Source: Bispira polyomma (taxonomy: Eukaryota). From it: a DNA stretch of 64,000 nucleotides. The DNA lies in the NCBI GenBank assembly GCA_965649765.1, contig OZ287757.1, positions 53,754,001-53,818,000 of the forward strand. The letters are read 5' to 3'. The notes beneath the pieces are model-generated. The model saw only the letters and a program-made list of their open reading frames with translations, had not been told where the DNA came from and did not search any database. A program made the position numbers and the translations under genes. The stretch's first letter is position 1. Each line of letters begins with the position of its first letter. Positions 50,401 to 62,400 of the stretch are shown in pieces.

Positions 50401-53400
50401 TATGTTCTAGGTACACCCAGTCTGTCTATGTTCTAGGTACACCCAGTCTGTCTATGTGTTCTAGGTACACCCAGTCTGTCTCTATGTTCTAGGTACACCA
50501 AGTCTGTCTGTGTTCTAGGTACATCCAGTCTGTCTCTATGTTCTAGGTACACCCAGTCTGTCTTTGTGTTCTAGGTACACCCAGTCTGTCTGTGTTGTAG
50601 GTACACCCAGTCTGTCTCTATGTTCTAGGTACACCCAGTCTCTATGTTCTAGGTACACCCAGTCTCTCTATGTTCTAGGTACACCCAGTCTGTATGTGTT
50701 CTAGGTACACCCAGTCTCTATGTTCTAGGTACACCCAGTCTGTCTGTGTTCTAGGTACACCCAGTTGCTAAGTGACTGTCACCAGTGTTACTTCCAGCAG
50801 AGGATGGCTCTTTTAGGCTCCAGTGTGTCCAGCGCTGTGTCAGAGCTCGCCACCAAGAATGCAAGGGACCATTGTGCTCTGGTGAGTCTGTCTTACAAAG
50901 TCTATGATAGCCTAGTGTGGAGCTTCAGTGGAACCCTGTTAAGTCGAATTTGAAGGGACCATCAAAATTTGTTCTTCTTAACAGGAATTCTACTTAACAG
51001 GGTAAACTTTAATTGGTATGATGGCCATAAAACTTTAAACTAATTTCTACTTAACAAATAATTCCACTTTACCTGAAGGGGTTTGACTGTATTACCTTAT
51101 ACTCCATTCACATATTGGCGTTATTAGTAGGTGGTTCCAGAAGATACTAGAAGGTGTTGTAAGTTGTCTTGTGTCGCCTATGAAATCGACTGTTCCCTCT
51201 AGAGGAAATATAACCCTCCTACATTTTAGTGCTTTGAGTTCGGTGCAAAAAAAAAACGAATTTAGAGTTTGGTCAGTTCCAAACGAACAAAGTTTGGTTT
51301 GTGATTGAACATCTTTATGTCCAATCCGTGGTGAACTATATTTATGTTGTTGTTCCCCTGCTGGTTCACATATAGGGGGCATTAAATGTCTTGCATCTGT
51401 CACAATTTTTTTTAAACCTGAGCCATAAGTTTATAAATCCCCTTGATGGATTTTTACCAAATTTGTACCCCCAAAGAAAGCTGTAGGTGTTTTTCAAGCT
51501 GGTTCTATTCTTATTTCAGGTATGTAGTGGATGTTACACTGTATTGGTGGGTTTTAACCTGTTTCTGTTCTTGTTTTCAGGTACATAGTGGATGTTACAC
51601 TGTATTTGTGTGTTATAACCTGTTTCTATTCTTATTTCAGGTACGTAGCGGATGTGCCTTCATGGTTCACGTTTGTGAAGACGAGTATCAACTCTTCTAC
51701 CATTTCTTTTCGCAGCACACGCCCCAGTTAGAGTGAGTACACACAGTACAGTCAGTACACACAGTACACACACAAGTTTACTGTCTTTAGAGTTACTCTC
51801 ACTGGGACAAAGATCAAAATATTTACTTTTTTTTGGTCACAATCAAAGACCAAAATCGTAACCTTAAGACTAAAATAAGACTGACTTTTTGTGAATATGA
51901 AACTGCTTGAGATATTCGTTAGAAAAGTTGGTAGACCATAGTTCTAGTAACTTTAACTTTGTAAAGTAGCTCATAGACAAAGTTACTTGACCTTTATAAA
52001 TTTGTGTTTGACACCTATCACACAATCCATTGCTTTTTACCTTAATAGTTGGAGAAGCTAAACACAGCCAAAAACTTAAATCATCGTGAATTCTCACAAT
52101 AAAATCAGGGTTCGCGCTTACGCCGTCCGAATATCTAAAAACGTGGAATTTTCGCAAGCGAACGCAAATTAAAACATACAATGCATCCATTAGGACGCAG
52201 ATTTTATTTAGAAGTAAGAAATCGCCATTTTGCCCTTATAATTTTATAAATTTTGAAGTTTAATCACAGTTTCTAGCGGTCTCAGCAGATTTTAATGTTT
52301 TGAGTTGGTGCTTCCGGTCATGGCGTTTTGGATGGGTAGTTTCTAAAACTCGTTCGAAATTCGTTTAAAATTCTGTCAGGGCCTGGGTGATACGAATTTC
52401 CCAACTTATTTTACTTCACAGTTCAAGTATATAAACTTTATTTTATATTATATTTGTGAAACTTAATGGTCAAAAAGGCTTCACAATCGACTTGGTTTAT
52501 CCAATTATAACATTAAGCCACAGCTTATTTTTATGTAGAATTTTTTTTCTTTTTTAAGCTACAGCTGATTTGTTAGATGTTTGGTATAATTTCATGGGTA
52601 ACATTTGTTTGTTTGGTGCTAAATTATATATTTGGATGTAGAAATATCAAATTTGTAGTGTTGACTTAAATTTTTAAATCTCATGGCTAACTTTGGTTTG
52701 TTTGGTGGTAATTTATTTATTTGAATGCAGAAGTATCAATATTAAATTTATAGTGTTTGACTTAAATTTTCATATTCTATGTTATTATATTCTGTTGTTT
52801 GATCAGTGTAGAAATACAACAGTATATATTTATTATATTTAAATTACTGTATTTGTCACTATAATGATAAATATCTATCGGATGCATGGAAGCTACTCCA
52901 GGACCCCACTTTTTCCAAGAGGTGGGGTCCCAAAAACCCCACTTTAAAAAATCCTAGCGCCAACCCTGAAAATGTTTGACCCGAAAAATTTCCTTTGCAC
53001 ATGTGTGCTTCTAAGTTTGAAACCTTACTAGACCATATTCGGAAGTCAGTGGCAGATTAGTGCAATGTATTAAATCACATGCTGTGGCCTGGCAGTTAGC
53101 CCTTTTTTGTGTGTCTTTTCAGTGTTATGTTAGAACAGCTGTGTAACAACCTGTACGATGTGCTCAGACCTCTCATCATACACGTCAACCACCTAGAGAC
53201 ACTGGCGGAACTCTGTAGTATACTCAAGGTAGGAGGCAATGACTAGCTGGTTGAGCGATTAATTAAGTGACTAGGTGTGATTGAGTGTTTAATTTTTGGT
53301 AATGTTGACATTGGCTGCTATTTGAAATAGAATGATTGACTGATTGATTGAGTGGCTAACTGATTGATTCAGTGATTCACTATTAAATTAGTTTTTTGAT

Positions 53401-56400
53401 TTTCATCCAGTGTGTTAAGTCCTCTATTTGAGGCATTGTAATTCATTTTTGAATGACTGAGTGGCCAATTGACTGATTTATTGATTAATCGACCGACTCA
53501 AAATGGTTTGGTAGCTTTCAGTTGTTCGGTCACAGTGTCTGATATTCTTTAATAGTTGGCTAACTAATGGTTTTGCAATTGATTAGTACATGGTTCAATA
53601 TCCAAGCAGCCAGTGAAAATATAAGTGTATCAGGATATACTAGGTATAAAGAGTCTTTTATTAATGCTACTTTTGTAGATAAGATGTAGTTAGTTTCTAA
53701 ATCCTTTGCATTTAGGAGTATGTTTGACTATGTTCACTTTGAATATGAGAAGCCTCTTACTTGTAATATGCCAAGGTTTATGTATCTATCCATGTTTTTT
53801 TTGTGTTTGTTTTTATAGGTGGAGATGATCGAAGAACATGTCCATAATAGTCGTAAGTATCAAGTTCTTCAAGTATAACCTATTTATCTAGGTCATATGA
53901 AAGGTACACATGGTATTGTGTTAAAAACGAAAGATTCTGGAAACCACTAGACGGGGCACTGTCATATTGGATATACATGTAGGGCACTGTCATATTGGAT
54001 GTAATGTATGAATACAAAACGCTAAATGCTAATGTGGTTTTATTGCCGTGTTTCTGTTTTTAGCCTGCGCTGTGTCCTGTGAATTCCAGAATTTAGCCTC
54101 AAAAATATAAGAATAAAAGTACATCTTCATAAGAGGAACAGACAAACATGAATAACAAATTTAAAAAAAATTCCAGGTAAAGAATATTTTCAGTTTGAGC
54201 ATTTTTGGCTGTGTGTTATTTGTACTGTAAGTACGTGTGTACTCTATAAGTACGCGTGTACTTTCAGCTTATGATAAGTGTGTGTACTTTGTTGTAAGTA
54301 CATGTGTAGTACCTGAGTGATTTTGAGGGGGTGTTTGTGTACTCTAAGTACGTGTGTACTCTATAGGTATGTGTGTACTCTATAAGTATGTGTATACTCT
54401 ATAAGTACATGTGTACTTTCAGCTGATCACCCAAGTGCCTTTGAGGTAGTGTTTGTAGGCTTTAAGTACATGTGTACTATATAAGTATGTGTGTACTCTT
54501 ATAAGTATGTGCATATTTTCAGCTGATCACCCAAGTGCCTTTGAGGTGGTGTTTGTACTCTAGGTATGTGTGTACTCTATAAGTACATGTGTACTTTCAT
54601 CTGATCACCTGACTGCCTTTGAGGTGGTGTTTGTGTACTGCAGTCTGTGTGTACTCTATAAGTATGTGTGTACTTTCAGCTGATCACCTTAGTGCCGTTA
54701 AGGTGGGGGGCTGCGGTGGCCTAGTGGTTAGCAAGCATTGCGTTTCACAATCACTGGTCTCTCACCTCTGGGCGGCGTGAGTTCGAATCCCGTTGATGCC
54801 TATGTGGGAAAGGTGGTAGTTCCTTACTGTAGGCCGCTGGTTTCTCTGCAGAACCTTGACCGACTGTATGCAGTGTTTCCTCCAGCGTTTCCAACTACCC
54901 GTCCCAATATAACCTACTAAGAGGTACTAGAGTGGACGTAAAATATCCAAATCCGTTAAGGTGGTTTTTGTTTACTGTAAGTATGTGTGTACTCTATAAG
55001 TATGTGTGTACTTTCAGCTGATCACCTGAGTGCCTTTGAGGTGGTGTGTTCTCAGATGTTGGAAGACGTACAGGAGAGACTCGTGTACAGAACACACATC
55101 TACATCAGACAGGAAATACTCGGCTACAACCCGGCACAGGGAGACCTCGCCTACCCCGACAAACTCATCATGATGGAGGTACGGAGGTGAAATGTTACTA
55201 TAGCAACAGTGGGTATTTCGGTGGGACAGTTTCTATAGAAACAGTGGGTAATTGGGTGAAACTGTTACCATAGGAACAGTTGATAATTAGGTGAAACAGT
55301 TACCGTAGAAACAGTTGGTAATCAGAAGTAAAATAGTTACCATAGCAACAGTTGGTAATCAGGGGTGAAACAGTGACCATACCAACAGTGGGTAATTTAG
55401 TAAAGCGGTTACCATACCAACTGTTGGTAATTGGGTGAAACGGTTACCATAGCAACAGTTGTTAATTAGGTGAAACGGTTACTATAGCAAAAGTTGGTTA
55501 TTGGGTGAAACGGTTACCATAGCGACAGTTGGTAATTACGTGAAACGGTTACAATAGGAACAGTTGGTAATTGGGTGAAACGGTTACTATAGTAACAGAA
55601 GGTGATAGAAGGTGAAACGGTTACAAAAGGGACAGTCTGTAATTGGGTGACAGATACCATAGCAACAGTTGGTAATTGGGGGATGAAATGGTTACCATAG
55701 AAATGGTGGTTAATATGGGGTGGAACGGTTACTATAAAAACAGTTGCTAATAGGGGCAAAAGGTAGATGAAATAGAAATGTAATGCAATAGCTTTTGTGC
55801 TGCTGAATACACTGTAAGCAATCCCCAAACAGACATCCGGAGCCAAATTTGAAAGGAAAAAATTCTTCATTCTATTAATGAAATAAATTTTTTCCCTTGA
55901 TGAAATCAACAAGTTTTGATGTTGGATTTTTTTTTCAGATAAGAACCTAGATTTATTTGGTTGTATTTTCTCACTAAAATAGTTGCTAAAATCGCCCCAC
56001 CTTCATACTCTGTTCTGTGTCTATTGCAATAGAAATAGTATCATGAAATATTACCAAAAATTTAACGATTTTATATAACTAGCAAGTGGGAATTTAGACT
56101 TAAAAGTAACATTTAAATTTTTTTTTTAATAAATCACTAAGCTCCCTTCTGATCTCTATTTCTATATTACAGTAGACTGTAAAAGTAGAACCAGTGTAAG
56201 TCAAACGTAAGTATAAGTGGCACCAGTTTTGAGGTCCCAACATCATAAAATGCTGCATTTTTGTAGGCACAAGTGGAAGTTAGCCATAACTTAGAACCAA
56301 ATCCTGTGGAAATTTGAGGTTCTAGTTATACACAGTGTAATGTGTTTGTTTGTTTTATTGTTTCCCACACAGAGTATAGCGGCCAGTCTCAAATCCAGCC

Positions 56401-59400
56401 CCACGTCTACTAGTACACCTTACAAACTGTCGCGTATTGACTCTGCCGCCAGCGTCTCTTCACAAGCCAGCCTAGAGGTTGAACAGATCAATAACCACGC
56501 CAAGGAAGCCCTCCCCTTCTCCTCCACGGAGACCTCAGAAAACGGTGGCGCCACCCTCAATGGCATGAGCGAAGAGAAACATGCGATGCAGAATGGACGA
56601 CAGCCGGGCTCTTTTGTCACCGTCAATCTGTCGGCAGCGAATGGTATGTAGTAGGTTTATTATCTTCAAAGTGACTCGGGACACGTACAGTCTAGCACAC
56701 ACTAATCGCAAATGTCTAACTGTCTGGAATCGGAGTGCCTAAGCATTTAGTATGAACCAATATGTAAAAAATAGCAAATAAGTTGGGGGGCTATTGGAAA
56801 TTAAGAGGAAAACATATGTTACATGCCATTTTATAAACAAAACACCCAAATATCTAACAGCTTCTAAAATATTAAACGACACTTGCTGTGGATTTGTTAT
56901 GCTTTGTTGTGCTTTCACATTTTTAAAATTCCTAGGATGTGATGTCCTATTTTTCTGTACCAAATGCAGGCCACCCTTAAATATAAACCGGTATTATGTG
57001 ACCTAAGCTGTTGAAAGCGACGTAAAACCCAACTAAATTTAAATTCTCACTGACACCTCTACATACTCCGAAGAGACACATACACACACTCACTCCAGGG
57101 TTGTAAATAGTGAGTGGAATTGGTCTGTATCTTGCAAGTCGATTAATTGTTTAATTGTCCGACCGATCATCAACCTGTAATCGATTATTGACATAAGTAT
57201 ATTGTTTGAATTATTAAGTTACCCATCCTGCCATCCCAGCCGAATATAGTGTGATCGGGTAACAATTTGATCAAATTCAAAGGTTCGACATTTAGTATCA
57301 ACCGCTAAACTATACTACTTCCGGTAAACATGGCGGTAAACGAAAACAAATACAAAAGTGACAAAAATTGCTTTATTTGACTTAAAAACTATCTTAAATC
57401 TTATGAAAACATCAAAATATCTATTAGTTGAAGTAAGGAACTTTGCTGTGTTTTTGGTGGGTAATGATCGATTTTCTGATGATCTTTACTGATCGACATC
57501 TATGGGTCAATAGACCGACGAACGCTCAGATATTCGTCGAATCGTCCACTCACTAGATAACCACAGACACACACTGACACAGCCTGTGATGTCCTATTTG
57601 ATGTGTGTATTTTTGTGTTCACCAGACGCGGGCCCCGGTGGTAACATGCCCATGTCTCCCGCTGACCTCCACGGGATGTGGTACCCCACTGTCAGAAGGA
57701 CCTTGGTGTGTCTGTCTAAACTCTACCGATGTATAGATGTGAGTAGCACCAGTATTTACAATAATGTGTGTAGTGTTAGAAAGGTTACTTCGTTCCTCTC
57801 TGTCAAATTGTATTTATGTATGGATATTTCTCATTTTGTGCTATATCATCAAAATTTAATTTTTTTATAGCAAGAAATATACATGTAATGGAATTGATGC
57901 AAAATAGTATTTAGTAAAAGCATTATTTGAGGAAATTTTAGTTGAAAGGGTAATGATACAATAGCATTGTAAAAACTATTATTTGTAAAACTTGTACTGT
58001 TTGCTGTTATGTGAAATAAACAAATAAAAAAGTTTACACTTAATTTTCATCACTGACAGAATTTTTTTGACCCCCGAACACTCCGACTTTGCTTGTTATT
58101 TTCTATTTACTTATTTTCACAACAGAGGGCCACGTTCCAAGGTCTGTCTCAAGAGACGCTAACCATGTGTATCACTTCGCTGAACAAAGCCGCAGATCTC
58201 ATCAAGAAGAGCAAGTCCTCTATGGACGGACAGCTCTTCCTAATTAAGCACCTGTTGATTTTAAGGGAGCAGATCGCACCGTTCAATGTCGAGTTTGCGG
58301 TCAAAGAAATGGGATTGGATTTTAGTAAAATTAAAGGTGAGATACAAATGCTTTTTTAACTAGTTTGCACATTGCGCAAGTTTATAGCAGGGGTGGAAAA
58401 GATGGAGAACATCTACAAAATGTGTCGACAAGCAAATCTCGAAACTGGTAGGGAGCTTTGGTCTGAAATTTTCATGAATGATGGAGTTGAACCTCTTGTG
58501 CTTACAGATTTATTTGGGGATCGATTCTAATCATGAATCTGCGAATATTTGTGTTTTCAAATTCCGCCATGTTGTTTACTTCTAAGAACCATTGCTGTTG
58601 TTTTTTATCTCTGAGATATCTTCGGTTATTTCTGTTAAAGCACGAACATAGAACTGGCCAATCTGAAACAGGATGGTATGATGTCATTTCCGAGATAGCT
58701 TTGCCAATTGTCGGAATATCACAAATGAGTAAATATCCTTGTATATACTCATCATGCTTTAAATGTATGGTGACTGGTTTGGAGGTGAAAGGCTCGAGTT
58801 CGCGTCCTGCTTGCAGATATTTGAAAAAAAAACAAATTTTTTTGCTGGTACTGCCTTTGGTTATAATTCGGCCGCCAGTTTTAAATCGGCCACCATACAA
58901 TAAATGTGTCATAACTTTAATTAGATTTTTTGGCCTAACAATACTGTACTTCCTCGAAGATTGGTATTGTGATTGTTTTACTTGAATCCTATAGTCCATT
59001 TTGTACCAAGATTTTGAATAATTACCATTTAAAATGTGACGGCCGATTTAAAACTGGCGGCCGAATTATAACCACAGGCAGTACATCTTTTATTTTGGGA
59101 AACGTTTCAAGATATAATAAACTGTAATAACTGTGTCCATAGACGTGCACAGTGAAGGTTATTTCTTGTTTTTCTAATACTTGCATATTCATGGTTATAT
59201 TTTACAAATTATGGGGATTCTTATCTCCAATAAACAGCCTCGTTTTGAAGTATGACGTCAGTTTCAAATACCGTCCGAACACCACCAAAGCAGAACGTTG
59301 CCCAGATCGCCACCCCAAAACGCCACCTTGATTAAGAACTTATTCACCTATATTAAATATGGCGAGAAAGTGTTTTTTTATAACAGTCAAGTACTGATGT

Positions 59401-62400
59401 ATATTTAATTCGTTTTCCTTGCGTAAAACCCAGTTGAATTTAAATTTCACTCAGATTCTGGGTTTCATTTGCATTTCTTGGACCAAACTTGAGTGCACAT
59501 ATTTTTGTGACATGTGGGAGCTCTTCTGGTGGTCAAAAAGTCATACTATCAAATATATTTGGATAATAGAAAAAATTTTGGACCATATCAAGTTCTACTA
59601 CTGTATAAGTCTTTAGTAGAACCTCCAATATCTGAACGTGTTGGGAGAGCAAGATTTTGTTCTGATACCAGAATGTTCGTGAAATACGAAAATCAAAATT
59701 TTAGACAGTATAGCTGTGTTCATAAAATTCAATTTGTATTCAGATAACACATATTTTGGTTAATACAGGCAGGCCTCACACCTGCTGTATCTCCTATGTG
59801 TTTGTAAAATTATGTCCTGGTTTGCTCAAAAGCAAGGTATTGTGGCAGTACTTGGGTTTATATTGAACATCAACTTGTTCTTACATTTTTATCTGGAACA
59901 ATTACGTGCACAACATTGTTTGGTGACACTGCAAAAATGATAATATAAGAATTTTGGCTAACTGAGGACCACCTTTTTTGGAAGAGAGATGAGCGTATAT
60001 CAAGACAATGGAGGTCACATAGGAAGGCTTCATTCAGTTATCAATACTTGTTTTTATTTTTAATAAGTGAGTCTAGCAAGGCTAGTCTCACTAATTAATG
60101 GGATGGTGCAGATTTGGTGTTGCGACAGCATTTTCGTGAAATCGGCCCGAAAATCGAACTTGATACTTGCCAGGTATCCTTTTTTAATTCTAGGGATAAT
60201 GCAGTCGATTGGTTTTCTTAATTAAAAACTATAATGACAGTTTTAAAAGACTGACCTAGGTTGACATGGATTTGACCTTTATAGTGACATATTTCATTTT
60301 CTAGGCTTATTCCTATATATACATATTTGTTTTCTATGTAATTTCCAATTTTCTTTCTATTCAGATGCTGCGTTTGGTTTACTCAATTCACGTACCAAAG
60401 TGTTCTCCCTCAATAGAACCAATGCTTTACTACAGTTCTTGTTAGAGGTAAGTTTAGACTCTGGGGGAAAACATTGACCCCTTTCTAACCCCCTAGGTTG
60501 TCAGCTAGGGGAGAACAGTGACACCTTTCTAACACCCTAGAGGGGCCATGGTGGCCTACTGGTTAGCAAGCATTGCGCTTCACAATCACTGGTCTCTCAC
60601 CTCTGGGATCGGCTGGCGTGCGTTTGACTTACATCGATGTCCACGTGGGAAAGGTGGTAGTTCCTTACTGTGTGTCACTGGTTTCAGTGCAGAATCTTGA
60701 CCAACTTTATGCAGTGTTTCCTTCAGCGTTTCTAACTACCCGTCCCAATATAACCTAAACAGGTACTAGAGTAGACGTTAAATATCCAAATTCAAAAAAA
60801 AAAAAAAATTCTAAACCCCTAGGTTGTGAGCTAGCAGTACACTGCATTTGTTACTCCCATAACCAGTTTTAGGGTAATGCAAGTCAAAGTCAAGGTATAG
60901 CATTTAAATCATTCAAAAAACGTCTTTGAAAAAGATTGAAAGCAATATAGTCCACCAAGCTTTGAAAAAGAAAATGTTATTCTAAAATTTGTTGTAAAGC
61001 AATGTTAATTTATTAAAACCATGTTAAATTATGGGGCAATGCGCGGGGGGGGGGGGGGGGGGGGGGGACAAGTTTCACAACTAAAACTTGAAATATAACA
61101 TGTACTTCCTGAATATAATGAAATATATCAAAATATCTGAGAGTATTACTAGTATTACTAGGTGTAAACACAATGTAACAATGATGCTGATCTGTGAGAT
61201 GACTTGTATAGACAGAGACAGACTCACTGCATCAAACAATGATGTAAAGTGTAATTAGCTTGATGTGTGCCAACAATAACTAGGAAGCAGGGGGGATTTA
61301 GTATTTGTGTATTAGTCCTCCTGTGTCTCAACAGTACACATGACAGTTGTTTGTGTTCGTCTTAGGCGTCCTGTGTGTGTCTTAGAATTTTGATTTTTTT
61401 TCCTCATTCATTTGCAGGGTACACCTCAAATGACCGAAACCTTCATCGACTCTAAAAAAGACGTGGATTCTCAGTTAAAGCGAGCGTGTGAGGATTTTAT
61501 CTCAAGTGTAACAGATCAGTTGATTGGACCACTCAAGATGTTTATGTCAAAGGTGGGTGGAATGAGCCAATCCTCTGCTGTCTGTTTTCATCACGGCATA
61601 ATTTTTTTTCTTTTATGTAGGATAAAATAACAGATCTTATATTAGTAAAATAATATTATCGTCAGGGTCCTTCTTACTTAGTTCCCTGAGTCCTCTCTGA
61701 TTAGAATCGCATGGTTCACAATTACTGGCCTCTCACCATTTGAGATTCAAAACCTATTCGTTCCTTCATGAGGTGAAAGCTTGTTGAGCAGTTTCTGTAG
61801 GTCAGTGGTTTACAGTGGGCTTTAGCACTAGTTTCTTTCACGATTTATTCTGGCCATCATAATAAATATAACCTAAGTTGTTAAAAGCGACGTAAAAACT
61901 CAACTAAATTCCAACCAATAGCCACATGGCATGGGTTTGATGGGGGAAACCTGACGTCGTAAAAACGTCAATTTTTGGTGTGGTGTGACCTATCATGAAG
62001 TATTTGGTGTTCAAACTTTCTGACTAGATATACTAACAACAACAAAACTAACATGATCCTTTCAAACAAAAGAAAAGTTATAGCTTAAAAACCTTTTTTA
62101 CAATTGTATTTTTTTTTAAAAACAATACTACAATACATAAAGAAGTGATTACTGGCTCTAAGAGTCAACACTTTTTACATATTTATCATATCATACAGAT
62201 ATGCACACAATTTGCTTTGACAAAAAAGACTTAAAACAATAAAAATAGTAGTAGAGGGCTCGCATTCATAAAATAATACTCGATTCAAAGCCATACTCAA
62301 CTCGTATCTAGATTCTCTATAACTTTGATTATAGTAAATATGTCTGATTATAGTAAATATGTCTAAAATCTGACACCTTAGACCGCCCTGCTAGTTTTGG

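Noticed and set aside
49744-50765. Junction arrays as evidence of recent intron gain
   Set aside because: The affected introns contain unique sequence beyond the arrays and their other ends are unrelated to the unit. The arrays look like amplification of existing junctions, not introns made wholly of duplicated exon.
58502-58999. Overlapping 165-aa and 150-aa ORFs in COG3 intron 16
   Set aside because: No recognisable domain; they run through a MITE inverted repeat.
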